The notes: a model not told the origin generated them from the sequence alone. 63,965 nucleotides of DNA, filler included, from Octopus bimaculoides (GCF_001194135.2; 5 parts of 5 records of this genome joined end to end with filler, not necessarily neighbours in it); one strand, 5' to 3'; positions 12,169 to 25,950 are shown, counted from the first letter of the whole stretch. A program made the numbers and translations.

Positions 12169-12264
12169 TACATTGCTTGCACAACTAGTCACAGCACAGA
12201 AAATGCAAACATACATATACATATGTCCACGCACACATAAGCACCTACGGGCACGCGTTTGCGT

Positions 12265-12295
<31 letters not shown>

Positions 12296-12558
12296 CACAC
12301 AATTGCACACAAACACGCACACACAAACACAGAACGGTACCGCACAGCAGAACAAACATCGAAATTGTGACAATACTCCGAAATTGTTCAAGAAAACAAA
12401 CACGAAGCTAATAAATTTCCTTCAAAACAACACAACCATCTTTCAATAAATAAAATAAAATAAAATGAAATAAAATAAAAATTAAATTTATAATTAAATA
12501 AATAAATAGGGAGACAGTGACATTGGACAACGTATTCCACTGAAATACGAAAAGACAT

Positions 12559-13130
12559 GATGGTCACGGCCGGACCGATTTTAATCATAAGCGGTATGCC
12601 CAGTCAGTATTGATCTTATACAAACAACTTCTCCACGGGATGGTCACGTGCGGGACCCTTTTGATCATAAACCGTTTGCTAGTCAGTATCAACCTTGCAT
12701 TACAACAAACTTTTCCACAGGACGGTCACGGCTGGGACGCCTTTGATCATAAATCGTCTTCGTAATCAATATTAATCTTATGTTACAATAAATAACTTCT
12801 CCACGGGTTGACCATGGCCGGGACGCCTTTGACTATAAACCGTCTGCTCAGTCAGTATCGACCTTGTTTTTATAACAAACAACTCCACGCAGCGGTCATG
12901 GCCGGGACGCCTTTGATCATAAACCGTCCCCTTAATCAGTATTGATTTCGTATGATAATAAACAACTTCTCCATAGGAAGGGCATGGCCGGGCTGCCTTT
13001 GATCATAAACCGTTTGTTCATTTAGTATTAAACATTACGTCTTAACTTCTCCATGGGATGGTCACAGCCGGGACACTTTTGATCTTAAGTCGTCTGCTCG
13101 GTTACAACTGACCTTAGGTTATTATAAATA
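12559..13130 (+). repeat. Tandem array of 7 diverged 80-86-bp units
   Basis: Unit starts near 12559, 12639, 12721, 12807, 12891, 12977 and 13057; consensus GATGGTCACGGCCGGGACGCCTTTGATCATAAACCGTCTGCTCAGTCAGTATTGACCTT...AACAACTTCTCCACGG. Confidence 0.92.
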
Positions 13131-13204
13131 AAAATATTTAAAAAAACTTCTGCAACAATTCTATAATCGAAACTAAATAACGCCACACCACAAATGTTCT
13201 GAAT

Positions 13205-14290
13205 GAAAGACGGGATGGTCAAAGCTGGAACGTCCTTAGAAGAGAACCTGTTTAAGGTTAATTAATTCCAACAGCAATTATAAATAATCGAACGACTGTT
13301 TGTGTGTGTGTGTGTGCGTCTCTTCTCTCTCCACATCGCGGGGACCACCAACTCTGGCTACAACATACAAACAAACATATAAACACAAACAGCCCCTTAA
13401 ACACACTCCATTACAACGCCGCCATCTCCTACAAGGCCCAACACATCGAACTACAACCATAGGAACGGCACACCACCTCCACCACCACCACCACTATCGG
13501 TACTGGGAAAGGACACGCACAGTATAATGTAGTGCTAAATAGACTATATCTGAAATTAGGACGAGATGGTCACGGTAAGAACGTTGTTGATCATTAGGTC
13601 GGCTGCAAGTTGAAGATTAAACAAGTGTAACCGGACTATGATACTGCAATACCATAATGCTCCAGCAGTGGCTACAATAAACTGCACAACACGCGACACC
13701 ATCGGCTATAATGTGAGGCTCTATGTGGTTGTTCGATCTGCAAGAAATAACAGTCAAATCTTGCCTTAAAGCATGCCCTGTTGTCTTAGAAAAGAATGAC
13801 ATGCTGGGTATTATGGTCCTTGTTTCGCTGCAGATAGACAAGGAATCGCTTCGATCAGAGATCAGCTCGTTAAGAACGAACCTGGGGTTAAACAGTAACA
13901 AAAAAATCATACCTAGCACACAATACTATAGCACGAACGGAAAGATGCTAAAATATTTTCGCCACTGGCTACGATAAATAACACTACAGGTACGACAATA
14001 CAGCGTCACTGGTTACAACAAATAACATAATACAACACAGCACAACACAATCACATCGAGCCGAGCCGAGCCGAGCCAAACGGGGAAGCCTGTCTTCTAC
14101 GTAGGTCTTGCGGTTTGCCAGAAACAGCAGCTTAATCTCCTTAAATCACATTTAAAATAAATGAAGAACTTGTAGGATAATGTGGTCCGTGATATTCATT
14201 AAGATGGTCGTGACTGGAACACCTTTGATTTATGGGTCCGCTCGATCAGGTATGATACGAGGTTGAATAACAGCAAAAACAACAACACAC
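13205..14290 (+). mobile_element. Cluster of family E fragments (GATGGTCACGGCTGGAACGCCTTTGATC module)
   Basis: Related modules at ~13211, 13562, 13770-13895 and 14085-14290, several ending in AAC-rich tails. Confidence 0.65.
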
Positions 14291-14453
14291 ACGAGTACTG
14301 TAATAATGTGTGTACCACTGGCTATAATATACAACACAACAGGAAATGACCGGCTACAAAAAATTAAACCCCGCACCAACTGGGCTTCTTCGACTGACTG
14401 TCAACTAACAAACACACAGACACAGAGACAGAGAGAGAGAGATAATCAAAGTA

Positions 14454-14485
<32 letters not shown>

Positions 14486-14527
14486 TAAGCGATAGAGAGA
14501 AAGTTAATAACAGAGAGAGACTATAAG

Positions 14528-14560
<33 letters not shown>

Positions 14561-14916
14561 TCACTGATTGCAATACACACACACCCAGACACAGACCACT
14601 GGTTACGATACACTCGCATACACACAGAGGTACACACATACACACACACACACTTTAACCGCCGGCACTCATTCACTCACACATACCCGCACACGCTTCT
14701 TTTCATTCACACACAGAGGCAAACATACACACACACACGCACAGGCACACACACACACACAAACACACACAGAGGCAAACATACACACACACACGCACAG
14801 GCACACACACACACAAACACACACAGAGGGACAGTGACTGCAACACTTACACACACATATTCCTTCGTTGTCTTTCTCTCTGCCTTTCCCTTCCTGACAC
14901 ACATTCAGAGAAAGAG

Positions 14917-14948
<32 letters not shown>

Positions 14949-15591
14949 NNNNNNNNNNNNNNNNNNNNNNNNNNNNNNNNNNNNNNNNNNNNNNNNNNNN
15001 NNNNNNNNNNNNNNNNNNNNNNNNNNNNNNNNNNNNNNNNNNNNNNNNNNNNNNNNNNNNNNNNNNNNNNNNNNNNNNNNNNNNNNNNNNNNNNNNNNNN
15101 NNNNNNNNNNNNNNNNNNNNNNNNNNNNNNNNNNNNNNNNNNNNNNNNNNNNNNNNNNNNNNNNNNNNNNNNNNNNNNNNNNNNNNNNNNNNNNNNNNNN
15201 NNNNNNNNNNNNNNNNNNNNNNNNNNNNNNNNNNNNNNNNNNNNNNNNNNNNNNNNNNNNNNNNNNNNNNNNNNNNNNNNNNNNNNNNNNNNNNNNNNNN
15301 NNNNNNNNNNNNNNNNNNNNNNNNNNNNNNNNNNNNNNNNNNNNNNNNNNNNNNNNNNNNNNNNNNNNNNNNNNNNNNNNNNNNNNNNNNNNNNNNNNNN
15401 NNNNNATTTTACCCTCTAACCCTCCCCTCGTACACACTTTCTTTACTTCACACACACACACACACACACACAAAAGATAAACCGATAGAGAGAGAGAGAT
15501 AGTGCGGCGGACACTGTCAGTCTTCCACCGTCTCACACACACCAACCACCACTACCTCTCTCACTCTGTCACTCGTTCTCATACACTCATA

Positions 15592-15624
<33 letters not shown>

Positions 15625-16138
15625 GTACACTACACTCACTCACACCTACACTCACAAGCGGCAGACACCCTCACTCACGTAGACTGAGCAGTTTTAGCTT
15701 ATGATGCCTGCCTGTTCTCGCAGTCACTCTCTCTACAGACTTACACTCACACACACAGGAGCTTTTATGCAGGAGTGTACAGAAAAACCAAGCATTGTCT
15801 GCTTTTTGGAGTCTTACTTGGACATTTAAAGGGATTTATATATATATATATATATACACACACTAACACAGACAACAAACATACACATTTGTATATATAA
15901 ATACATACAAACACATTTGTATATAAACACACACATATAAGTGTGTATATAATATATATATATATATATATATTGAGTGTTTATATATATATATATATAT
16001 ATTTATATAATATAATATAATATATTTTATTTACATATATATTGTTTTGCTTGGCTTTCCGTTTGCTTTCATGGAATCTAATACAACTTGATGACACCAA
16101 AGGTAAGTTCTGACAAAGCCTTTAGTTTTATAAACACG

Positions 16139-16177
<39 letters not shown>

Positions 16178-16625
16178 TATATGTAAATATAATTGTTAGT
16201 GAACATCGAAATATTTAATGTACGTCTGTGACATAAAACGTGTAATAAGGTTTATGTATAAGACATAGGTTTCATTAAATATATACGTACGTATGTATGT
16301 ATGTTTGTTAGAGTATGTAATGTATGTAAGTACAATGCGTGATGCGAGTACAGTTTCTAGTTACTTTAAGCTATTGTCATATGTACGTGTGTGGATTTAT
16401 GTATATATGAGTAATATGTTACACACACACACACACACACATACACACATGCATGAGTATATATAAACAATGTTTATTGTGTGCAAGTTTAAGCCAGTGT
16501 GTGTCTGTGATACATGCGTGTGTTGACCCTAGCACACACATACACGTACACATACACGTATATATATATGCACAGACAAACAACACACGCATATTAGTGC
16601 GTTCGTTTTTCCTGATCGTGTGTGG

Positions 16626-16656
<31 letters not shown>

Positions 16657-17087
16657 CCTTCAGTTCTTGTTCATGCTATTGTTGTCAGCCTGATAACTGA
16701 AGCTTAACTTTATCTCGCGTACTTTGGGTATATAGTAGCATATACACGGATAGCAATAGATATACATATATACCCAGAGACATTGATAAATACGGGACAT
16801 AAAGGAAGGACACACACACACACACACACACACACCTCTATATATATATATACATATAAACATTGTCCGCTTTACGATCTTTATTTATAAACACTTACGC
16901 ACAGACAGCACACATACATCGTATAAACAACCTGGTATTATAGTATATTCTTAGGCAAGCCAAGCCTACTGTGCAGTAGAATCGAACCCATAACCGCCCA
17001 CGTGGTTTTCGAAACAAACTTGACCATACAACTGTGCCAGCGGCTATACAAATATATGCATATGCGTGTATTGTAATCTGTGAGTGT

Positions 17088-17126
<39 letters not shown>

Positions 17127-17404
17127 NNNNNNNNNNNNNNNNNNNNNNNNNNNNNNNNNTATATATGGCCCCCTTTTTCTTTTTTAGACAGACTGTTTCC
17201 TATATTTGGAAATTGTAGTTTAAATGGCTTGGCAAAACAGAAAAAAATTTCATGCTGTAACTATAATGAATATGTTTCTCGTCTGAGAATCGAAACCATG
17301 TCACCTATCCTACTCGATAGACTTGCCGCGTACCAAAAACGTGTACTAAAATGTCCACTATTTATTTCCATCAACATAGAACCAAAAGACCATGGACTGT
17401 TGAG

Positions 17405-17790
17405 GTTTTTTTAGCCCAAGGTCACCCGTGAGGTAGGAGACATTACCAAAGACATTCCAACCATGACCACCTCATTTTGTTACAAGTATATCTAGGATTA
17501 CAGCAAGAACTGTGTTCTTCCTTTATTTATTAGTGGCAGTGATCTGAGGAAAATTTTGCTGTTATTTCTAGCAAATCGATCCAACCATATCGAGACCTCG
17601 TTGGCACATAGATTGTCTAAGGTGCTCGTATATGTGATGCAGTAACATTCATGCATTTCTTTTTTTAAATGCATAGCAGTTGCAGGGAGCCTTTTTTGTT
17701 TAAACTTATATTCTATAAAATATTGTTATTTGATCCAGATCAGTCCTGATCAACGATGTTCCAACCGTGACCATCGTGCCTTATTTTTCC
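17405..17790 (-). mobile_element. Two family E fragments
   Basis: TTCCAACCATGACCAC (17456) and TTCCAACCGTGACCATC (17759) are reverse complements of the family E module. Confidence 0.6.
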
Positions 17791-19179
17791 CATATCAGGG
17801 ACTTCACATATCCTATACGTCCTTCCCTCGTTTTTTTAACGACAGTAGTGTGTGACTTTCTTATGATTTCATTGCCTATTTCTAGCAGGTAGTGCAACCA
17901 CAAAGCGGTTCCCAGCGACTGTGTATATGGACGGGGGTGGGGGGTATCGAGAATGTGATAACCATTCCTTTCCGCATGACATGAACCGGGGGGGAAGTGG
18001 TGATACTCATACATTTTCCCCACTGTCCGTTGCTTTGAAGTGGCTTAGCCTTAGTTAGTAATCGAAGTAAAATCGAATCTGAAGTGATGCGAATCAAAAT
18101 CGTTTTTTCAGATGAAAAATCGAAACCGATTCACCAGCTTCCCTCACGGCTTATCTTAGCATTTGATACATATTATAGGAGACGACACACATGCCTGCAT
18201 GTGTGTATAATGTGTGTATATACATGTGTGCATGTACATGTATTTATCATGTATATACACGAATGTATGTAACTTTGTGCATGTGTGTATGCATTCTATA
18301 TGTGTGTGTATGTATCGTGTGTAGACGTGTATATTGTGTGTGTACAAATGTATGTGTATATACGTCCGTGTGTGTATGTGTTATATACCAATATAAATGT
18401 GTGTGAGTGTAGATTTGTATGTTTGCATGCGCGCGCGTGTGTGTGTGTGTGTGTCTGTATATTTAGGTATACATAGGGTGTGTATATGTGTATACATTTG
18501 TGTGTGGATGTGTGTGTGTGTGTGTGTGTGTGGCTGCAGTTAGAGAGACTTTATATCAGTGAATTGGATCATCATGTGTGTGCGTGAGTGTCTTTAGATA
18601 GACAGATAGATAGATAGATAGATAGATGTGTGTGTCTGTTTTCAGAGACTTAGAGAGAGAGTGTGTGTGTGTGTTGGCAGTGTATGTTAGATAGCATTGA
18701 ACTAAAAGGCAGTGTTCATCTACCAAGCAATGTGTCTCTTTACCCGCTCTCAGAAGCCCCACGTCAGGGCAATGATTTCGGTTCTAGTAAACTATGTTTA
18801 ACCCCCTTACATGTTGGCACAGATCGACGATTGATTAGATCGACCCAGAACGGCGAAATACAAAAGCCAACCTCGGCTGGGTTTGAACAGGGAGTTCAAA
18901 TCCCGCCGAGACTAAATTTAACTTACAGTAAAAGAGCTGCAACAAATACTGCATGTAAGACGTTTTGTCCGACCGACGTTCTTAACACCGACCTAGAGAC
19001 GCGATTTCGAATCTCGCCGCGGTCGAGATTATCTTTTTTCCTTGAAGGTTGATAAGATAAAGAACCAATCAAGTATTGAAATATGGTTAATCGATTTCAC
19101 CCCCACCCCAACCATCCCGCTACCAAAAACGTTGTGACCTTGTGCCCATTTTGGAAATCATTAAATTTTTTATATCAGC

Positions 19180-19392
19180 CAAAATAGCCTGTACGTGGTA
19201 GGCCAGGTTTCTAGAAATAGCGACCATATTTCCCTCAAATCGTAATCTGTCGTCTTAATAAAGAACACATTGGAAAATGTGATCACTGATCAAAAAGAAG
19301 ACTAGTATGGATGGCCACATCTGGAATTTCTTCGTTCATAGATGTGTTAAATCAGGTCTGACCGAGGGTCAAACAACAACAACAACAACAAT
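19180..19392 (+). mobile_element. Family E element with (AAC)n tail
   Basis: GGATGGCCACATCTGGAAT...TCAGGTCTGACCGAGGGTCAAACAACAAC. Confidence 0.6.
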
Positions 19393-19429
19393 CACTGAAA
19401 TTATTTTATTCTTATTAGAAGAGCAGAAA

Positions 19430-19664
19430 GGTGGCGATCTTGCAGAATCGTTTAGATGCTGGACAATAATGTTTAGCGGTATTTCGTCCATCTTTACGTT
19501 CTGAGTTCAAATTCCGCCGAGGTAGACTTTGCCTTTCATAATTTTCGGGGGTCGATGAAATAAGTACCAGTTGAACACCGAGGTATCGGTATTTAACCGA
19601 TTAGCTCCCTCCCCCCACTCCACGTAAATTCAGGCCTTGTGCCTATAGTAGAAAGGACCATTAT
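19430..19664 (+). mobile_element. SINE family B, full length
   Basis: tRNA-like head (GGTGGCGATCTTGCAGAATCG...GAGTTCAAATTCC), central CTTTGCCTTTCAT...GTCGATGAAATAAGTACCAG domain reminiscent of Deu/Nin-type SINE cores, tail GGCCTTGTGCCTATAGTAGAAAGG. Confidence 0.9.
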
Positions 19665-20544
19665 TGCAATGACGATGCGAATGCAGAATTAATAGAACGT
19701 CTTTGCAGTATCTGTTCTGGCTCAATACGTTTTGAGTTCAAATCCCGCTAGGCCATCCTCCTCCTCCTCTTTTTTTTTTTACATTCTTTCGTGGCAGGGG
19801 GTGGGGTCAATAAAATATTGTTCCAGTCAAGTACTGCAGTCGATAGGACTGACTGATCCTACCTACTTCGTTTCCAGCCACCACTACCACAACCACCAAA
19901 TGTTTGATCTTGGGCTTAATTAAATAATAGTTAAGTTTCAACCATTGACCTTTGTTGAGTTACGACACCGCCTTTTAAACGTTTGAAATCCTTATAAAAT
20001 TTCATTTGTGTCTTTAATAACACACACACACACACACACATATTAGCAGATATGTGCTCACTTCCAAGCCTGCGTGTTTTATTGAGGCTAGGATATCTTT
20101 GCCTCGGTTCTACTCTGGACCAAGCCAACAGACGTGGTGGGTGAGGGTCCAGAGAGGGTCTTTGAGATGTCTTGCAAGCCTTCTTGGATCAAATGTAGAA
20201 TTCTGCAACAGACTCTGCTAACTTTTTTTTCAATAATCACTTCAATAGTCTTCCTCGGATGCAAGTGGACGACCACCTTACACATACTCACATGCATACA
20301 TACCTGCATACACACATACGTACGTGCACACACTCACACACGCGTCATTGCGTTGATGTTTATTTGTGCTGTGTAGCTCTCATAATGCAAAGTTATGATC
20401 AAACGCCTTCCAGCTGTGACCGTCCCATTGATACTTACCAGGGAACTACATTATCGTTAATGTATTCCTCCTATTTTAGTCTTCTCTTATAATAGAAGAC
20501 AAAAATTCCATTCGCACGCAAGTTGAATTGATTCCAAATATATG

Positions 20545-20700
20545 GCTGGCTGGTTGGTGCTTAATTTTTTTTATCGACCCCAGGAGGGTGAAAGGTGAAA
20601 CTGACCTTGGCAGATTGGAACTCAGATCGTAAAGGAAACGCAACCAAATACCGCAAATCATTTTGTTTCATTCTCTGGCGAGTTTAGAAATTCAGCGCCA
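20545..20700 (-). mobile_element. SINE family B, diverged partial copy
   Basis: TTTATCGACCCC...GAAAGGTGAAACTGACCTTGGCAGATTGGAACTCAG. Confidence 0.7.
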
Positions 20701-20921
20701 TTATTTTAAAGATGCTAAAATGAGATATAATAGACAGATTTATGATCGTAAGCATTCCGGCCGTGGCCATCCATTAAAAAAAATTTTTTTTTCTTTCTTA
20801 TCTACAAGAAACCCAAGGCTGCATTTTTTTTTATATAACATGCCCTTTTCCAAAACAGGTTGAGTAACCATATAAAGGCTCTCTCGTTAGCTTATAATCT
20901 TCATAAGTTTTAGTGAGGGTA

Positions 20922-21357
20922 TTAACCGTTTTTGGTACTAGCCTGCCTATGGCCGTCTCTGGGTCTATGTTGCAAGCTTCTTGTTTTATAATGATCTGAA
21001 TTTTATAAAAAAAAAAAAAAACCTTGCATCGTAATTTCCTGTTAATCTATAATTTCCTGTTAATCTATAATTTCCTGTTAATCTATATCCCTAAGCAGCG
21101 TATTAATTTATATCAAACAATGACGAAGTTATTTTACCAGAATTTTCTTTTTCAAAATTAACTGAAACAAAAGCATCGTATTTTGAGAGAAATATGGTAA
21201 CAAAAGGTTTAAAGTGATCAACATTAAACTCCCTCTATCAAAACTGAGCAGCAGCTCAATAATGTTAAAGTTATTTTACTAAATTCTTTATTATTGTCAA
21301 AATTAATTAAGCCAAAAACGGCGTATTTCAAGAGAAATATGGTAAGAAAAGGCTTAA
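20922..21357. mobile_element. piggyBac-type MITE with a duplicated right end
   Basis: TTAA-CCGTTTTTGGTAC left end; right end GAAATATGGTAACAAAAGGT-TTAA at ~21212, repeated as GAAATATGGTAAGAAAAGGC-TTAA at 21357; internal 18-bp tandem repeat x3. Confidence 0.65.
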
Positions 21358-21588
21358 AGCAAACTCCAAGTAATATAGAACCCAGCTGCTGCTAATACTT
21401 TTGTAGCGAAACCACGCCGAAGTCCCATGTATATTGTACTACCATATGTAATAAAGATCTTNNNNNNNNNNNNNNNNNNNNNNNNNNNNNNNNNNNNNNN
21501 NNNNNNNNNNNNNNNNNNNNNNNNNNNNNNNNNNNNNNNNNNNNNNNNNNNNNNNNNNNNNATTATCGATCAGTCGTTTAAATCTACG

Positions 21589-21770
21589 TCCCAGTATTTG
21601 ACTAGTGTAGTTTATTTTATCTACGACGGGTAAGAGGAAAAAAAAAAGAAAAGAAAAAGAAGTGGTTGATCTCAGCAGGGTTTGAACTCAGAACGTAGCT
21701 AACCACCGCAACGGGATATCGCTTGGTATTTGGTCCCGATACTCTAACGATTCTGCCAATCCAGCACCTC
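21589..21770 (-). mobile_element. SINE family B, diverged copy
   Basis: TTTGAACTCAGAACGTA...CTAACGATTCTGCCAAT. Confidence 0.7.
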
Positions 21771-21904
21771 TGTGCTAATTACTAGCCGCATTTCCCTCCA
21801 CACAGAAACGTCTATGAGTGAAAGAACATCTTATATAGTTCTTAGACTAACTCCACCTTGTTAAGCTAAATGCCTTTTAAAAATTTCAAGAAGCTTCTAT
21901 ATAT

Positions 21905-22103
21905 CAGCGGTTCTCAGGGCCATATGTGGCCCTCAAGCATCCTTCCAGCAGCCCCCATCCTTCCAACGGTCTTTCCTCTATATAATAAAACTTTCTTTAA
22001 TTGACTTGTGTTTTCCTCTCTTTTCTTTTCGTTTGGTGTGGTTCCCTAAAAAAGATTCAGATTTTGGATCCGGCTCAGATATTAAAAATGTTGAGAACCC
22101 CTC
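21905..22103. mobile_element. hAT-type MITE remnant
   Basis: CAGCGGTTCTCA ... TTGAGAACCCCTC terminal inverted repeats; no target-site duplication retained. Confidence 0.5.
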
Positions 22104-23099
22104 TTTTTTTATGGTCCCTCTAACTACTAGAAGCAGCACTCAAACCTCGCCTCCCCTTCAACCGCTCTCTGTTTAAAAGAAATGGATAACTTAGTTGATG
22201 TAGTCGTTATTCCTAATAAAAAAAAAGGGCGGGGAGCGGGGGATGATCTTGGTCAGGATTCATCTTGAAGCTAATTACCAACAATAATCGACTTTAAAAT
22301 AGGGTCTTCTTGAGTCACTGTGGGAGCTTTCCTATACGCTAAGCATAACTGAGATATTTCCCTCCACAAAACAACTTCCATTTTAAAACTGTTAACATTC
22401 GTACACGAAAAGGAAAGAATTTATGAGAAAGAGCCTTTGTTGTTGAATTGCCCCCAAATCGATGCCCCATCACCGATCGAGGGAAATTTGTGATCGAAGT
22501 CATTTGAGCTGTGACCATCGATATGAGATGGTTAGGTTTCCAGTATTTAATGTGTCCAACCTGTTATTAAATCGTCAGTGTGTGTGTGTGATTTGATTTG
22601 AAGGGGATTATGATGCCATTTTTAGGGAAAGGCTTCCTCATTGGCTTAGTAGTTGTAGTAGTAGTAGTGGTGGTGGTGAGGGCAGATGCTGTAGTGGTGG
22701 TAGAATGGTAGTAGTAGTAGTAGCAGTAGTAGCAGAGATGGTAGTGGTTATGGTGATGGTGGTGATAGATGCAGTAGTTGATGGTGGGGTTGGGTGGGGC
22801 AAATGATGTTGCTATATTTGGCATTTCAGCCTCGACTGTCCCGTCTTTTATTCAGTGTACCCTTTCAATATGTCCTTTTTCGTAAAGAAAAGTTTAGTGT
22901 ATTTTGAGGGAGATTTGACTGCTCCTTTTTTTCTCGCAGGGCCTTCGTTGGTTTGGTTTAATCTTTTTTTTTTTTTGCTTTAGCTTTTTTTTATATAGTC
23001 ACATGATCTTGCTAAAAGTAATAAAGAACACCCCTCTTTCTCTCTCTCTCGACTGGCTTTATGAATAAAGGACCTCAAAAGCCATTGATAAAACCCCTA

Positions 23100-23260
23100 T
23101 TAAAATCTTCATCTGACCATTCCATTATAGCAGACTTTCTCCTTCAACAAATTCCCTACCGTTTTCAAATGTGTAAAATAGGGATCAAGTCACATGAACT
23201 CCAGCAATGTATTCATTACCAAAATGCCTACCTCTTAATTTAGACCCTTTAAAAAAATTA
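23100..23260 (-). pseudogene. Possible Tc1-like transposase relic (region of the third catalytic residue)
   Basis: Minus-strand frames give WSSCDLIP and LKTVGNLLKEKV, loosely resembling W..SPDLNPIENLW..LK..V; frameshifted. Confidence 0.3.
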
Positions 23261-23663
23261 CAAAGCCATGTTTTGTATCCCTAAATTTTATGGATAAAAT
23301 TCCACGACCCCAGTTCTAAATTTCAAACTACCACACGTTCACTAAATACAAGGTTGAAATACTGGTTGCAGGCTTCGTCGGATTGCCTAGCTTGTGTGTG
23401 TCCCCACATATATGCCCCCAAAACAGGGGTGCCCCATGGTGAACTCTGATAGAGTAATGACTGCAACAGCATATTAAAAATTCAAATTCTTGCTTCTCCT
23501 CCTTTGCTCCCCCCAAACCACCACAACCAACACTCCTGCCGCCTCCACCACTATTACTACTGGCAGCAACATTCTTTTTACGATAGGTACGATGTCGGAA
23601 TTTTTTCGGGGCGGAGCTAGTCATTGCATCGACCTCACTTACTAATCTGATGCTTATTTCATG

Positions 23664-23979
23664 CCCGTGGCTTAGTGGTTAGGGCATTCGGCTCACAATC
23701 GTAAGGTCGTGAGTTCAATTCCCGGCGACGCGTTGTGTCCTTGAGCAAGACACTTTATTTCAGGTTGGTCCAGTCCACTCAGCTGACAAAAATGAGTAGA
23801 ACCTGTATTTCAAAAGGGCCGGCCTTGTCACACTCTGTGTCACACTGAATCTCCCTGAGAACTACATTAGGGGTACACGTGTCTGTGGAGTGCTCAGCCA
23901 CTTGCACGTTAATTTCACGAGCTGGCTGTTCCGTTGATCGTATCAGCTGGGACCCTCGTCGTCGTAACCGACGGAGTGT
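23664..23979 (+). mobile_element. SINE family C, full length
   Basis: A-box GTGGCTTAGTGG, B-box GAGTTCAATTCC, TGTGTCCTTGAGCAAGACACTT...CCAGTCCACTCAGCTG central domain; colinear with 38672-38950. Confidence 0.9.
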
Positions 23980-23984
23980 TCCTT

Positions 23985-24586
23985 ATTTCATCGACATGGC
24001 AAGGATGCGATATTTGAACTCCGAACGTAATGGAGAAATGTTGTTATGCATTTTGTCCAGCGTGCTAACGATTTCGCCGGCTCGTCGCCTTCAACCGGCA
24101 TCATCAACTTTTCCGTTAAAATGTGCTCTTCTAACAGCTATATCGTATCACACACACACGTATGCATGTATGTATTCATGGACTGGGGATATCGAGCGTC
24201 GGACAAAATGCCTTGCGATGTTTAGTCAAACTTCCTGACGATCTCACTGATAATCGCGACGATTTCAGGTTTGTCTTCGTTTCTTTCGGGGTCAGTAAAA
24301 TAAAATATCAATGAAATACTAAGGTCGGTATAATCTGCACCCATTCTTTCAATTTCTGACCTTGTGCCTTTATTACAAACAGGCAGAATCGGTAGCACAC
24401 CGGACAAAATGCTTGGCGGCATATCGCCTATTTTGTTCTGAGTTCAAATTCCACCAATGTCGACTTTACTTTTCATCTTTTCGCGATCGATGAAATAAAT
24501 ACCAGTTTAGCACTGGGGTCGATATAATCCACTAGTCTCATCCCCACAAAATTTTAACCCTTGTGCCTATAGCAGAAAAGATTATT
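23985..24586. mobile_element. Cluster of three family B pieces (minus 23985-24110, plus 24260-24375, plus 24381-24586)
   Basis: Family B head and core motifs on both strands. Confidence 0.75.
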
Positions 24587-24847
24587 GGTATTTATTTTGC
24601 AAATAGTTTGTAGTGGGAGACATGCCTCTACAATATGTATAAAGAAGCAAGCGTTCTTTGCTTCCGTCTTCAATTCGTCAATTGCTGTTCTACCATTCTT
24701 CTTGGATGGACATTTTGGTTGTAGTTACAAACTGCTGCCTTTATGCACCATTCTACCTCACTGACTTCCTTAACTCCCGCCACCACCGTCACCACACACA
24801 CACATAAGTATGTATGTGTGTGTGTGTATGTTTACGGTTGTACGTAA

Positions 24848-24884
<37 letters not shown>

Positions 24885-25048
24885 CATACATATATACACA
24901 CACATACATATATACACACATACACACGTGTGTGTGTACTATTGTATGTACGTTTATATATGTGTGTCTGTACTTGCGTCTATGATTGTGCAATTATGTA
25001 CGCTTATATGTGCGTGCGTGCGTGCGATTGGGTGTATGTGCGTTTGTA

Positions 25049-25087
<39 letters not shown>

Positions 25088-25160
25088 TGGCTTCAATGAC
25101 ATTTTTCATTTTGAAACTTGAGATGCAAAGTGACTTTTGAGCCACTCTACAATATATGCG

Positions 25161-25196
<36 letters not shown>

Positions 25197-25796
25197 TCTC
25201 ACATACCCATCAACAAGACAGATTACGTTTACGTGCTGCACAAGGTACATTCATACATAAGTCGTAACAAGATACTCTTCACAAACATATATATTTACTC
25301 CGCACAAGTGTTCTTATGAATAAACAATAGCCATAAATATTTTAAATATTTTGCATGATGTAACAAGGATATCGTTTCCTGGCAAGTTCATACAGACAGG
25401 TGCTTTTTTCTCTATGGTGTCCGTTTGTGTGTGTAAATTTATATGAATTAACTTCAATTTCGTAGGATTGGTCACACCAATAGTATTTCTTTTATTATTA
25501 ATAGTAATGATCATATATTAAATTTCTTTATTCTTTTCGTATTAAGCAACATACTTTCACACGTACACACACGCCTACACGTTCATAGAATATTTATACC
25601 CATTGACAACATGCACACAAAAAAATGCAATATAGATATATATATATAAATATATATATATACATATACATACATTTCCGTTCTTCCTTTTTAGAGAGTG
25701 ATCCAGTGAAAGCTCTCAGCACAAGCACACAGCCGCCGGACCGGCTTAAATAAACTAGACACACACGCACACACACACACGCACACGGCTTGTGTG

Positions 25797-25950
25797 AAGG
25801 CGCGTGGCTGAATGGTTAGAGTATTGCACTCATGATTGCAAGGTCGTGATTTCGATTCCTAGACCAGCCGATGCCTTGTGTTCTTGGGTAAAACACTTCG
25901 TTTCAAACTTATCCAATCTGATCAGCTGGCAAACGTGAATAATCCTGAAA
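25797..25950 (+). mobile_element. tRNA-headed SINE (family C-related)
   Basis: GGCGCGTGGCTGAATGGTTAG...GATTTCGATTCC...TGTGTTCTTGGGTAAAACACTT. Confidence 0.75.

Noticed and set aside
12559-13130. CRISPR array
   Set aside because: The 'spacers' are homologous to each other, the repeats are diverged, there are no cas genes and the context is eukaryotic. It is a minisatellite.
16091-16108. First coding exon ATGACACCAAAG|GTAAGT (similar isolated donors at 28265 and 50537)
   Set aside because: Lone GTAAGT hexamers are expected many times by chance in AT-rich DNA of this length; no linked acceptor or recognisable peptide.
20040-20280. Non-repetitive coding-looking segment (also 32440-32620 and 44180-44400)
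   Set aside because: No frame gives a motif I can recognise with confidence; probably old transposon debris.
21383-21425. Hammerhead at CTGCTGCTA...TAGCGAAAC
   Set aside because: The core is incomplete and stems I/III do not pair.
23664-23740. Functional tRNA genes at SINE heads (also 10069, 25797, 28271, 59770)
   Set aside because: A/B boxes are present, but I could not see a complete cloverleaf, and each runs into a SINE body.
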